Translations under genes and position numbers: made by a program
NCBI GenBank assembly: GCA_963745235.1
Contig: CAVUXE010000044.1
Span: 98,187 to 162,186 of the forward strand
DNA: 64,000 bases
Direction: 5' to 3'
Source: an uncultured Spirochaetota bacterium
Lineage (GTDB): Bacteria; Spirochaetota; Spirochaetia; SZUA-6; Fen-1364
Shown here: piece by piece, positions 50,416 to 59,863 of the stretch
How the letters are laid out: every line of letters begins with the position of its first letter
Numbering within the stretch: the stretch's first letter is position 1
Notes under the pieces: model-generated
Seen by the model: only the letters and a program-made list of their open reading frames with translations
What the model was told of the DNA's origin: nothing
The model's database searches: none

Positions 50416-51564
50416 CTACTCTCTGTGACTGCTGACCTCCTTGCATGATTTTCTGACAACGAGATCGATGGGGAACTCCATCCTCACAGGCGGGAGGTTC
50501 CCGATCTCAATACGCTCAAGCAGCCTCCGCGCAGCACTGCGGGCCATATCCCGGGAATGGATGCGCATGGTTGTCAGGGGCGGTGAAGCATGGCGGGCAA
50601 GCTCTGAATCGTCAAAACCCAGGACACAGATGTCGTCCGGGACCCCCAGGGATCGCTCGGACAGGGCGGAAAGCGCCCCAATGGCCAGAAGATCGTTCGC
50701 GCAGAACACCGCGCTGAGATGCCGATTTCGCTCGAGCAGGCGATTCATCGCAGCGTAGCCGGCCTCCGCGGACCAGCCTTCGTCGCCATCCACCAGCAGG
50801 TCGTCCCATGCTCCGCCCGCCTCCGCCATCGCCTCTTTCCAGGCAAGGAATCGTGTCCGCGCGGATTCCAGCCGAAGCGGTCCGTTGATGATTGCAATCC
50901 TCTGGTGGCCCAGCCCGCGAAGATAGCCCACAGCCTTGCGCACTCCTGCTGCGAGGTCCATTGTCACGAGGTCCAGCCCGTCAATTGTTTCCGTGGGAGC
51001 CAGGAGCACGGTCGGTATGCCGCTGGACTTCAGAGTCTCCAGGAACTCGGGGTTTCTAGCCTCTTCCACGATAACCCCGTCCACTTTGCGGAGAAATGAC
51101 CGGAATCCTTCAACCTCGTCGGCATCGAAATCATCCAGGTACGTGAAGAGAGTGTGGCGCCCTGACTTTGCAGTATCCTCCTCGATGCCCAGGAAGACAT
51201 CGAAATAGAATGCCTCGGACGCAATTGGCTTGCGGGACGTCTTTTCCTTACAGACGACATACCCGAGAGTTCCTGTGGCGGAGCGGGGCTCCATCGCTGG
51301 TCCCGGCTTTCGCTTGACGAAGGTGCCTTGCCCGACTGACCTCTCGAACACCCCGCGGGCCGTGAGGGCAAGCACGGCGTTGCGGACAGTCGTTCGGCTG
51401 ACATCGAGATCAATCGCAAGGTCGCGCTCCGAAGGGATTTTCGCCCCGACATGCCAGACGTCCGAATCGATCCTTCCGAGGAGAAAGGACTCCACTTGCG
51501 CCTGAATGGATTCCGCTGCGTTTTTCTGAATGACTTTTCCGGGCTCCGCGACTTTTCGATTCAT
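50416..51564 (-). CDS. GntR wHTH + LacI-type sensor regulator (AraR-like architecture)
   Basis: PSERDL...VSRTTVR..GQGTFV; FCANDLLAIG, GFDD, PPLTT. Confidence 0.9.
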   Translation of the reverse strand: MNRKVAEPGKVIQKNAAESIQAQVESFLLGRIDSDVWHVGAKIPSERDLAIDLDVSRTTVRNAVLALTARGVFERSVGQGTFVKRKPGPAMEPRSATGTLGYVVCKEKTSRKPIASEAFYFDVFLGIEEDTAKSGRHTLFTYLDDFDADEVEGFRSFLRKVDGVIVEEARNPEFLETLKSSGIPTVLLAPTETIDGLDLVTMDLAAGVRKAVGYLRGLGHQRIAIINGPLRLESARTRFLAWKEAMAEAGGAWDDLLVDGDEGWSAEAGYAAMNRLLERNRHLSAVFCANDLLAIGALSALSERSLGVPDDICVLGFDDSELARHASPPLTTMRIHSRDMARSAARRLLERIEIGNLPPVRMEFPIDLVVRKSCKEVSSHRE

Positions 51565-51577
51565 CCGTCACGCCTTA

Positions 51578-51591
51578 ATGGTTATAACCAT
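51578..51591. promoter_or_regulatory. Palindromic operator ATGGTTATAACCAT upstream of the regulator/ABC operon
   Basis: Perfect 14-bp palindrome, extra ACAACCAT half-site, minus-strand TTGACA at 51622-51627. Confidence 0.65.
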
Positions 51592-51692
51592 ATACAACCA
51601 TTAACACAGGCACATCATACTTGTCAAGAACTTTCTTTTCAGCTTTCTTTTCAGCCAGCATGAGGCCCCGGGCGGCCGCCCTCCCGAGCGCG

Positions 51693-51980
51693 TCAGCGAT
51701 TCGATCTATGTGCGCTCGCGCCCCCTCCACCGAATATGACGATTACCCCAAGCAGGAAGCCGAGGTTGTACCAGCCCCCATTGTTGTGCACCTCGTAGAT
51801 CTGCACGGTGCGGTTGAAAAGGGAGATGATGAACGTGACCGGTGAGATCACACCGTTCCAGAAGCCCGCCACGCTTCCCTTCGTTCCCGGAGAGTTGAGG
51901 AAGTCATTGGGGCCTGGCGCGCATCCTGCCAGGAGACTCATCACGACCAGGAGCAAAAGTACGGAAAAAGCCTTCTTCAT
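51693..51980 (-). CDS. Small membrane lipoprotein
   Basis: LLAGC lipobox; GFW.G.I.P..FI.SLF...YEVHNNGGWYNLGF. Confidence 0.75.
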   Translation of the reverse strand: MKKAFSVLLLLVVMSLLAGCAPGPNDFLNSPGTKGSVAGFWNGVISPVTFIISLFNRTVQIYEVHNNGGWYNLGFLLGVIVIFGGGGASAHRSNR

Positions 51981-52839
51981 TGCCTGCCTCCCGCGGTTCA
52001 TTTTTGGTGACCGGACGCCACCTGAATATATGCTTCACCATTTCGTTCCCGGAAGAGAGCAAGGCTGACAGATATGTCTCTATGACGTGGTTCTTTTCCA
52101 GGTCTTCCTCCTGGATGGCAAAGTCGACCGGCGTCTCGACGTGATTGAAATAGCCCCCAATGACACCGAGGATGGGTACAGGGAGCGGCAGGGAAACGAC
52201 AACGTCAGAGGTGTTTGCCAGTCGGAATGAGGTGTCCGCAAACATGCCGTTGAACGATTCGGAAAACGTCCTGTCCCCCACTCGGGGTGAGCCGAAGGTA
52301 TAGATCTTCGGATCTTTGAAGCGCGTATTGATGCTGATGTCAGGAAGGGCGAGTGTGGCCAGCGCCCCTCCCAGGCTGTGTCCGGCAACAAAGAGAGTGC
52401 TCCGCCGGCCCAACTGCATGATGGCTTCCATCACATCCCTGCGAATTGCGGTGTAGGTCTCGAGAAACCCATCATGGACTTTCCCGAAGCCTGATTCAGG
52501 GTAGGCGGAAAGTCGTACGTTCAGGGTCCGTACCCATTCCGGTATCGTCACCGTTCCGCGAAAGACAACGAAGGTGTTCCTCCCTTTCACCGCCACGAAG
52601 CCGATGGGATGGCCCTTGCCCTTTGATGGTCTGAGCCTCAACTTTCTGATTTCAGAATAATACTGTGAATGGATAATCCCTGCACTTTGTTCCTGGCACA
52701 ATTCCTTGATGAGAGTATAGCCGCCCGTCAGCGTCCACGACGTGCCTCTCTCGAATGCCTCCAGTTGCTGGTAGGCCTGCATGATCAGGCGGGCAAGCTC
52801 GATTGAGAGTCGAAGATCGAAGTGCGGCGGGAAATACAT
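51904..52839 (-). CDS. Class 3 lipase (3' end uncertain, overlaps next gene as assembled)
   Basis: VVFRGT, VHDGF, GHSLGG, TFGSPRVG, DVV..LP. Confidence 0.85.
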   Translation of the reverse strand: MYFPPHFDLRLSIELARLIMQAYQQLEAFERGTSWTLTGGYTLIKELCQEQSAGIIHSQYYSEIRKLRLRPSKGKGHPIGFVAVKGRNTFVVFRGTVTIPEWVRTLNVRLSAYPESGFGKVHDGFLETYTAIRRDVMEAIMQLGRRSTLFVAGHSLGGALATLALPDISINTRFKDPKIYTFGSPRVGDRTFSESFNGMFADTSFRLANTSDVVVSLPLPVPILGVIGGYFNHVETPVDFAIQEEDLEKNHVIETYLSALLSSGNEMVKHIFRWRPVTKNEPREAGNEEGFFRTFAPGRDESPGRMRARPQ

Positions 52840-52879
52840 GATTCTCCCCACTGACGCCGTTGTCGCCTGCGTTCCGCGG

Positions 52880-53335
52880 TCATCTCCTCTGCGCGTGCTT
52901 CTTTGACAACTCTTGTCCCCAGGCGCTTGCTCTTTCCAATTCGCCCTCTGCAAGGGGACCCGTCCTGCCCGTGACGATGAACCCCGCCGGCTTTTCTTCC
53001 ACACTGCTTCCGATCTGTTTGAATCTGTCCGCAATCTTGTCCGCAGCGAATCCGAACAGCTTGACAAACTTCATTCGCAGTCTCGTGTCGAAGGCGGCGA
53101 CGGAAAGATCCCTGGCCGAGCTTTCCACGGAGGCCATGAAGTTCTGCATTGCTTCGGTTGGACGGCCGCCATATGTCGGGGAGCCAACGATGAGGAGAGA
53201 CACGCGTCCCAGGTCCTTCGCCTCGGCGGAACCCACGCTCACGGCCTTTGTCCCCCCGGCGATGCCCGAAGCAATTGCCTCAGCGATCTTTCTTGTGTTT
53301 CCCGCCACAGAGTCAAATACGACCAACGCCTTCAT
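52880..53335 (-). CDS. Flavodoxin family protein
   Basis: DSVAGNTRKIA, GSPTYGG, AAFDTR, GELERA..W. Confidence 0.85.
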   Translation of the reverse strand: MKALVVFDSVAGNTRKIAEAIASGIAGGTKAVSVGSAEAKDLGRVSLLIVGSPTYGGRPTEAMQNFMASVESSARDLSVAAFDTRLRMKFVKLFGFAADKIADRFKQIGSSVEEKPAGFIVTGRTGPLAEGELERASAWGQELSKKHAQRR

Positions 53336-53469
53336 ATGTTCCTCCTGAGCGTGCACCAGTATTTACCTTGTTCTTCTGGACCGCAAGATCAGCTCCGAGG
53401 ACTGTCTAAGTGAGGACCGTTCCCTGTCGAGCACAAAGTGTCCGCGCGGCCCGCCTCGTGCGGTCCTCG

Positions 53470-53859
53470 TCACCGGATTTGTGCGCCGTGCTCCGCCAGA
53501 ACTTTCCGCAATATTGACCGATGGCATTCCTTTTCGTTTTCACAATAACAGCCAATGGAGAAGTCCGTTTGCTTTGAGAGGGCGGACAAGAGCTCCACCA
53601 GCCTCAGATTGTCAGGATGAGAGAGCTCGCTCAGGTAGCGCCTTTCGAACTGCTTCCAGCTTGCCGCTTCAGCCAGGCGTCCCCTCGCCCACGTAACCAG
53701 CTCAGCGCTTGGCGCGAGCTGTGGAAGCCAGATGTCATAGAAGTCAAGCGCGGCGTAGTCTGCTTTCCGCACTCCACGAGGCGGTCTTCGAACCGTGCCA
53801 ATTCGGAGGCCTTCGTCCTTCATCCGCGGGCCGCCGAGCCTGACAACCGTCATTGCCAT
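53470..53859 (-). CDS. DUF488 family protein
   Basis: TVRRPPRGV, LAPS.EL, F.RRY..E, GCYCE...CHRS. Confidence 0.8.
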   Translation of the reverse strand: MAMTVVRLGGPRMKDEGLRIGTVRRPPRGVRKADYAALDFYDIWLPQLAPSAELVTWARGRLAEAASWKQFERRYLSELSHPDNLRLVELLSALSKQTDFSIGCYCENEKECHRSILRKVLAEHGAQIR

Positions 53860-53942
53860 CTTCTCAATCCTTTCTCCCGGCTCAATGCGGTTGCAAGGTC
53901 ATCCACGCCACACGGGCGAACGCGAATCTCCACCAGCTCGGG

Positions 53943-54422
53943 TCACTGGCCACCATTCGTTTTGTCTGGCGACTGCACTGTGACCTTTTTCAGAGCAGAT
54001 ATAACATCCTCCGCGACGGCCTTGACATCTATCGGGGGGTCGTCAGGACTATATGTCTTTCTGACACCCTTGAGAATTTCAGCGCCTGTCTTTTGATCCA
54101 CGATCGAAAGATTGATGTTCGAAAGCTTCTCCTTATAGGTCCAGACCTTGGTCTGAAGAAGCATCACGTAGTGGGTGCTTGTCGTGCTCGTGCTGACTGC
54201 CCATCCGTCGTTGGAAAATGCGTTTCGGAGCGCCACCGACAAATCATCCCCGCCTGGTGGAAGCGCTATGGTCCTGTTTGAGGCGTCGACGCTTCCGGAG
54301 GTGGAAATTGTGATGGCTGCCACCGCCGCGTTCGGATCATACAAGTCGGCCGAGTTGGTCGTCCCGCATGAAACAATCACTGCTGAGACGGCACAGAGGA
54401 GAATGAAAGGTATCCTTCGCAT
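53943..54422 (-). CDS. Hypothetical lipoprotein
   Basis: IVSC lipobox after hydrophobic signal. Confidence 0.6.
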   Translation of the reverse strand: MRRIPFILLCAVSAVIVSCGTTNSADLYDPNAAVAAITISTSGSVDASNRTIALPPGGDDLSVALRNAFSNDGWAVSTSTTSTHYVMLLQTKVWTYKEKLSNINLSIVDQKTGAEILKGVRKTYSPDDPPIDVKAVAEDVISALKKVTVQSPDKTNGGQ

Positions 54423-54546
54423 CTCGCGGCCTCTTTCTGACTGTCTCGCGGCCCGAATCACGAAATGCTCTCCAGGCTGCGAAACGAAGTGGGTCTTTCC
54501 CTGAATATATCGATTTTCGACTACGCGGGGGAGCGGCGACCATTTG

Positions 54547-55278
54547 CTACGAGCTTCGGACTTTCTGTTCCCTGGCTGCGTCCAGGAAGGCCTCGATAAC
54601 GGGGTGGAGCCGGCCAATCAAACCGCTCCTCTCCGGTTGAAACTGCGTCAATATGTAAAACCGGCGGTTCCTGATCTCGAATGCCCGCGCCTCCCCGTTC
54701 TTGTCGCGACCCGTGATTTCCATGTCCGATCCCGAAATGAGATATTCCAGCCGGGGATTCAAGCCATAACGGCAGTGATAGGATTCTTTCGACTGGGCAG
54801 TTCCGTAGATCCTTCTCACGAAGGACCCCGGCGTGAAAGAGACCTCGTTCTCGACTTCAACCAGCGAACAGGAAAGCGCAGAAATCAGGGGGAGCGACGC
54901 GTGCGGGGCTTCTTCTTCGTGTTCTGCTTCGCCGATTCCCAGCACGTTTCTGGCGTACTCCAGAAGCGCGTGCTGACAACCGCCGCAGGTGCCCAGGAAC
55001 GGAATGTTTCTGGTTCTCGCTGCCTGTATTCCAGCCAGGGCGCCGGCCGCGCTCCGGTAGGGGCTGCCGGGGACACACCAGACTGCGTCGTGCTGAATCA
55101 GCTCCTGGACGCTGGCAGCCAGCTGCGGCGTAGACAGCCAACGCCATACCACCTTTGCGGCAGCCGGTGCGGCGGAGGCAAGCTGGAGAGACTTCTCGAT
55201 TGCCGCGTGCGCAGTGATGCCGGCATCGTAATCGCCCACCAGGGCAATGGCGACAGGCTGTATCCCCATTCCCGCCAC
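54547..55278 (-). CDS. Stand-alone CTP-synthase-like glutamine amidotransferase domain
   Basis: IALVGDY, PGSPY, GTCGGCQH, YHCRYGLNP, QFQPE. Confidence 0.8.
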   Translation of the reverse strand: MAGMGIQPVAIALVGDYDAGITAHAAIEKSLQLASAAPAAAKVVWRWLSTPQLAASVQELIQHDAVWCVPGSPYRSAAGALAGIQAARTRNIPFLGTCGGCQHALLEYARNVLGIGEAEHEEEAPHASLPLISALSCSLVEVENEVSFTPGSFVRRIYGTAQSKESYHCRYGLNPRLEYLISGSDMEITGRDKNGEARAFEIRNRRFYILTQFQPERSGLIGRLHPVIEAFLDAAREQKVRSS

Positions 55279-55305
55279 TCGGGCACCGGTATCGTTGCCG
55301 CGCCT

Positions 55306-55737
55306 CTAGCGCGGCGTCTTGACATCCAGCAAATTGACCTTCTTCTTTGGCTGTCGGGCGCCAAAGAGTGAGCTCCAGAAGCCTTGCTTCTTGGTGGAGC
55401 TGATACCGGGTTCTTCCACGCGCTTCGCGGCAGCCTTTTCCTGCGCCGGTCGCTTTTCCTGCGCCGGTCCCTTCCTGGTCTGCCCCGAGCGTGGCGGTCT
55501 CTTGCCTGCGCTGACCTTCTTTCTAGCTGGCTTTGCCTTCCTTGTGGCGGCTGAGCCTTTTGAGGTCGCAAGCAGCTTCTGGACGTCCGCTTGCGAAAAC
55601 ACCCTGCTTCTTCCTACCTTCGTTCCGAGCTTCTTCCGCGTGACGTAGACTCGTATCGTCGGCACGGACAGCTTGGTCAGTTTCGACAGCTGTTCGATTG
55701 TAAGCTTCACTCCCGTCGTCCTTTTTGTTCTATGCAC
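55306..55737 (-). CDS. HTH protein with Lys/Arg/Ala-rich tail
   Basis: LTIEQLSKLTKLSVPTIRVYV...FSQADV MerR/excisionase-like HTH, then basic low-complexity region. Confidence 0.65.
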   Translation of the reverse strand: MHRTKRTTGVKLTIEQLSKLTKLSVPTIRVYVTRKKLGTKVGRSRVFSQADVQKLLATSKGSAATRKAKPARKKVSAGKRPPRSGQTRKGPAQEKRPAQEKAAAKRVEEPGISSTKKQGFWSSLFGARQPKKKVNLLDVKTPR

Positions 55738-55827
55738 TGGTTTTGCCCTGCCTCTTCACTGGTTTCCCGCAGCCTCGACAATACCCGTTGAGTTTATTTT
55801 ATGCAATCCTTGCAGCCGGCCTGATCA

Positions 55828-56430
55828 TCAAGACCTCCCGTCTCCCCAGTTGTACTCCATTTCCTCGACGACAGAGGCGCGTGCCGCTGATCCGACAAGT
55901 TTGTCAACCATGTGTAATGCCAGGTCGATTCCCGCGGAAATTCCCCCCGAGGTGAATATCTTTGCGGAGGATTGGACGAACCTCCGGTCCTCGACATGCG
56001 TGGTGGTCGGCGAAAGCTCCCGCAAGAGCTCAAAGGCCGTATGGTGCGTTGTTGCGGCGCAGTTCTGGAGAAGGCCTGCCTTTGCCAGCAGGAGCGCACC
56101 TGTGCACACGGACAAAAGCCACTCCACCTTCACGGCCTGCTCCGAAATCCATTTGATGAGACCTTCGTGTCTCAGCAAGGCTCGTGTTCCAAAGCCGCCG
56201 GGAACAATGAGAATGTCGGCTTGCGGACTGTTTTCAATCGAGTACCGTGGAGTGAATGTGAAATGCCCTCTGCCCAGGATTGCCTTCCCGGTAATACCGA
56301 CGGAGAAGACAGAGAACGGCGGTGGCGTGGTAAATGCGGCCGCAACATTGAAGACTTCATACGGGCCTGAAAAATCAAGGACCTCGACGTCGTCGAAGAC
56401 CAGAATCGAAACATTTCGCGGGTAGTTCAT
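55828..56430 (-). CDS. DJ-1/PfpI family protein
   Basis: EVLDFSGPYEVF, VPGG, SVCTGA, ATTH, TSGGISAGID. Confidence 0.9.
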   Translation of the reverse strand: MNYPRNVSILVFDDVEVLDFSGPYEVFNVAAAFTTPPPFSVFSVGITGKAILGRGHFTFTPRYSIENSPQADILIVPGGFGTRALLRHEGLIKWISEQAVKVEWLLSVCTGALLLAKAGLLQNCAATTHHTAFELLRELSPTTTHVEDRRFVQSSAKIFTSGGISAGIDLALHMVDKLVGSAARASVVEEMEYNWGDGRS

Positions 56431-56453
56431 TTCAGTTCCTTGCTGCCCCTCCG

Positions 56454-57089
56454 CTACCTTCTTCGATCCCCGGACACTGCCGCGGCCACGCCGAGTCCTA
56501 TCAGGATGCCGCCAGTAATGAAGCGCTGAAGCCGTTGAAATCCCGGCCTTTCCATGACGAACCTGCCGACTCCAGAGCCAATGATCGCGTAAAGGCCATC
56601 AGTGCAGGTTGCAAGGAGGACGAACAGCAGGCCCAGGAACAATACCTGCTGGGGCACGCCCCCTCGAGACCTATTCACAAACTGAGGAAGAAAGGCGTAG
56701 AAAAAGAGCGCCGTTTTCGGATTCAACAATTGCACAAGAAAGCCTTTCCAGAACAGCTGGGCAAAAGTTCTCGGCGGAGTCTTTGCAGCGTTCGGCTGAC
56801 TGTCGCGAGACAAGAGAGTGCGTATACCCAGGTAAATCAGGTATGCCGCGCCGACATACCTGACGATATCAAAGGCAACAGCTGACGCCATCAGGATCGC
56901 AGACAACCCCACGGCTGCCGCGCCTGAATGAACGAGGCTTCCCAGCTCAATTCCCAGAACCGAGGCAAGGCCGGCCCTGCGCCCATGAGCGACGCTGCGA
57001 GTCACGATGTACAAAACCGCTGGACCAGGGATCACAAGAAGGCCGAGTGCAGCGAGTCCAAACATGATAAGCGCCGAGGAGGAGAACAT
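56454..57089 (-). CDS. LysE/RhtB family translocator
   Basis: PGPAV, GAAYLIYLG, LLNPKTALFF.AFLPQF. Confidence 0.9.
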   Translation of the reverse strand: MFSSSALIMFGLAALGLLVIPGPAVLYIVTRSVAHGRRAGLASVLGIELGSLVHSGAAAVGLSAILMASAVAFDIVRYVGAAYLIYLGIRTLLSRDSQPNAAKTPPRTFAQLFWKGFLVQLLNPKTALFFYAFLPQFVNRSRGGVPQQVLFLGLLFVLLATCTDGLYAIIGSGVGRFVMERPGFQRLQRFITGGILIGLGVAAAVSGDRRR

Positions 57090-57247
57090 GCAGGAACCCC
57101 CTTGTCGGCCAAAATATCCAGGACCGGGCCCGTCGTCAATACAGGAAGACTCTTCCCCGCAGACCCTGCAGGGATAGCTCTGCGGGGCTTGAGCTCCCGT
57201 GTGCGCTTCCGGTGCGAGAAGCAGTATCTTTGCGGGGGGGAACGGGT

Positions 57248-57679
57248 GTGACTCGAGTCGAAGTTCTTGAGTTCATGCAGGCCCATCGCTATGCCGTTCA
57301 GGCTTCAGCGTCGGCAATGGGCACACCGCAGGCAGCCGTTGTCGGTTTCGCTGTCAGCGACTCACTCGAGATTGTCTTTGATACACTCGACTCTTCCCGA
57401 AAGGCGCAGAACCTCAAAGTGAACAAGAGAGTTTCGCTGGTCATAGGGGGATTGATTCCTGGGGATGAGAGAACGGTTCAACTGGACGGCATCGCAGATC
57501 AACCGCAGGGGTCTGAGCTTGAACGATTGAAAACGGTCTACTACAAGAGCTTCCCTGATGGGAGCCGGCGGCTGGCTTGGCCCGGATTGACATACTTCCG
57601 GGTGCGTCCCACATGGCTCCGCTACAGCGACTTCAACAAGGATCCCCCTGTGATAGTCGAGCTCAGCGGGCTGGCGTGA
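57248..57679 (+). CDS. Pyridoxamine 5'-phosphate oxidase-like protein
   Basis: PQAAVV, FDT..SRKAQNL..N..VSLV, TVQ..G. Confidence 0.8.
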   Translation: MTRVEVLEFMQAHRYAVQASASAMGTPQAAVVGFAVSDSLEIVFDTLDSSRKAQNLKVNKRVSLVIGGLIPGDERTVQLDGIADQPQGSELERLKTVYYKSFPDGSRRLAWPGLTYFRVRPTWLRYSDFNKDPPVIVELSGLA

Positions 57680-57709
57680 GCGATGCTGCAATCGGTAGAA
57701 ATCCGCTGA

Positions 57710-58165
57710 TTATTCGTTTGCACTCTGCGCGCGCTTGTCTTGCTGAACCATTATCTTTCCCATCTGTTCCAGCAAAACGAGCCCCAGACTTACCCGCGCG
57801 CTAGCCGTACCGGCGGTCGCCGTCACCTCGAAGAAGTAGTTCTTTCCAGCCTGGGCATCGAGACTCGCCTTCGAGGTGTTTTCGTTCGATGTTGCTGCAA
57901 TCCTGTGCTTCCCGGGGTCCAACACGACAAGGTAGAAAGTTCCCGCCGCGATGGGCCCAACAGCTTTCCCGTCTACGCTGACTTTGAAAAGGGCTCGTTC
58001 GCCGTTGGGGGCGTTGCTCCTCGCCACGTAGAGGTTGGCCTTGCCATCAGGCGGCGCGAATCTCTTGGCGGCCGCATCCGATTCCGGTGCCGCGAGTTGA
58101 ACAGTCGTCATACAGCCCGCGAACGCTGCCACCGCAAGAAGCGAGATCCATTTCCCGTTGGTCAT
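57710..58165 (-). CDS. DUF2846-like lipoprotein
   Basis: FAGC lipobox; AK.F.PP.GKANLYV.R, G.F....LDPG.H. Confidence 0.7.
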   Translation of the reverse strand: MTNGKWISLLAVAAFAGCMTTVQLAAPESDAAAKRFAPPDGKANLYVARSNAPNGERALFKVSVDGKAVGPIAAGTFYLVVLDPGKHRIAATSNENTSKASLDAQAGKNYFFEVTATAGTASARVSLGLVLLEQMGKIMVQQDKRAQSANE

Positions 58166-58338
58166 TTCGCTTCCTCCTCCAGGGGCGGGCACCCTCGCGG
58201 GCGCGTGCTTCTGCGGACTCAAATATACAGCCCTGTCGCGGTCCCAGCAAGGCTGAGGTCACGTGCCGCTCCTGAACGACGTGGTATTCCTCAACGACCT
58301 GCCGCGATCGGCATCCTTTGAGACCGCGCGAAGCCCAC

Positions 58339-59148
58339 TCACCACAGAAACGCCGTTGCGCGCTTTCCCAGGATATAGTCGTCAAATATCGTTGTGGCCG
58401 GCCTCTCCGCCATACCGACGCACACGTGCAACGGCATGAGGTGCTCCTCCCGAGGGTGACAGTACCGCGCAGAAGGCGCCTTCTCCCACTCGACCAGGTG
58501 TCGTTCACGTTCCTGCTGGGAGCTTGAGCTCGTACAAATTTCGATGAGCCACGTCTGAAACGCGTCGTTTCGAGGATCGGGTTCGTCCGCTCCTCCCCAG
58601 GAAAACGCGCTCAAGTTATGAAAGGAAAACCCGGAGCCGATTATCAGAATGTTTTCATTCCTCAAACCGCGCAGTGCTCTGCCGAGGGCAATGTGCGCCG
58701 CCGGGTCGAGACCACGGAGGAGCGAAATCTGCAGCGAAGGAATATCGGCGCGGGGGTACATCAGCTTCAACGGGATGAATAGTCCGTGGTCAAAACCCCG
58801 CTCGGCGTCAATCCGGGAGTGGATTTTGCTGTCCTGCAGCAGCCCGACAACCCTGCTTGCCAGATCAGCGTTTCCAGGCGCCGGATACGCGATTGCATAG
58901 GCTTCATCGGGAAATCCGTAGTAGTCATAGAACAAAGGAGGGCGACGCGCGCCCAGCAAAGTGGCGACGTCTTCTTCCCAATGAGCGCTGATGACGAGAA
59001 TGGAATCCGGCCTTTCAAGGTGAGACGGAAGCTGCTGGAGAAACTCGATCATCGCTTTGTGGCTCTCGTCTCCAAGAATGGGCAGCGGCCCTCCCCCGTG
59101 GGAGAAGTAGACGATCTGGGCTTTTTCGCCCGTGGTGTTGCTTCTCAT
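58339..59148 (-). CDS. Class III extradiol dioxygenase (DODA/YgiD-like)
   Basis: SHGGGP, SAHWE, YDYYGFP, GFDHG, GSGFSFHNL, HPREEHL.PL. Confidence 0.92.
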   Translation of the reverse strand: MRSNTTGEKAQIVYFSHGGGPLPILGDESHKAMIEFLQQLPSHLERPDSILVISAHWEEDVATLLGARRPPLFYDYYGFPDEAYAIAYPAPGNADLASRVVGLLQDSKIHSRIDAERGFDHGLFIPLKLMYPRADIPSLQISLLRGLDPAAHIALGRALRGLRNENILIIGSGFSFHNLSAFSWGGADEPDPRNDAFQTWLIEICTSSSSQQERERHLVEWEKAPSARYCHPREEHLMPLHVCVGMAERPATTIFDDYILGKRATAFLW

Positions 59149-59205
59149 GACACAAGCCTCCCGTGCGTTGTTGTCACTACGAAACTCTATCCAAGGAGCC
59201 GGATC

Positions 59206-59721
59206 TCAGACGTCTTGATCTTCAGCGTAGTCCTGAAGAAGAAGAGCCATCATGAGCGCATTTACATACCGGTCATCAATCTTTACAGACGCAATCTTTT
59301 TTCCTTCGGTCTTGAAGCCGACTTTCTTATACAATTCTATTGCCGGCAGATTGTCTTCAAATACTTCCAGCTCAACCCGGTACAGACCATATCCCTTCGC
59401 CTTCCGGAGCGCGGCATGAACAAGTCTCGTTCCAAGCCCTTTGTGCCTGTACCCGGGCAATACTCCCATCCCGAGTGTGCCGCAATGCTTTGTCGTCGGC
59501 CGCGGCAATGCCGTGATATCGCACCATCCCACGACTTTTGCTCCGTCGAGCGCGACGACCTGCGGGCTTCTCTTGAGAATCCCGTTTGTGACAAAGACTT
59601 TGAAGATTCCGAATGGGGGCGCTTCTGTCCAGGCGAGATACTTCTTCTCTCGTGAGACAGTGTCGATAACGTCATACAGGGCTCTCGTCTGTTTGCGTTG
59701 CAGGTCTTCGATTACGATCAT
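59206..59721 (-). CDS. GNAT family N-acetyltransferase (start uncertain)
   Basis: VVGWCD, LGMGVL..YRHKGLG, LEVFEDN..AI.LY.K.GF..EG. Confidence 0.85.
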   Translation of the reverse strand: MIVIEDLQRKQTRALYDVIDTVSREKKYLAWTEAPPFGIFKVFVTNGILKRSPQVVALDGAKVVGWCDITALPRPTTKHCGTLGMGVLPGYRHKGLGTRLVHAALRKAKGYGLYRVELEVFEDNLPAIELYKKVGFKTEGKKIASVKIDDRYVNALMMALLLQDYAEDQDV

Positions 59722-59863
59722 CGTCGTGGTTCCTGGAGTGGATAGTAGCATGGTTCGGAGGGCGTTTTCGATTTTTCTCTTGAGATGCAAGTCTGCTGGA
59801 CCTCTTGCGTTCATGTGATGGGCAACCCCTTTCCCAACTCTGCGCGGGGTTCGGCCCAACCTA

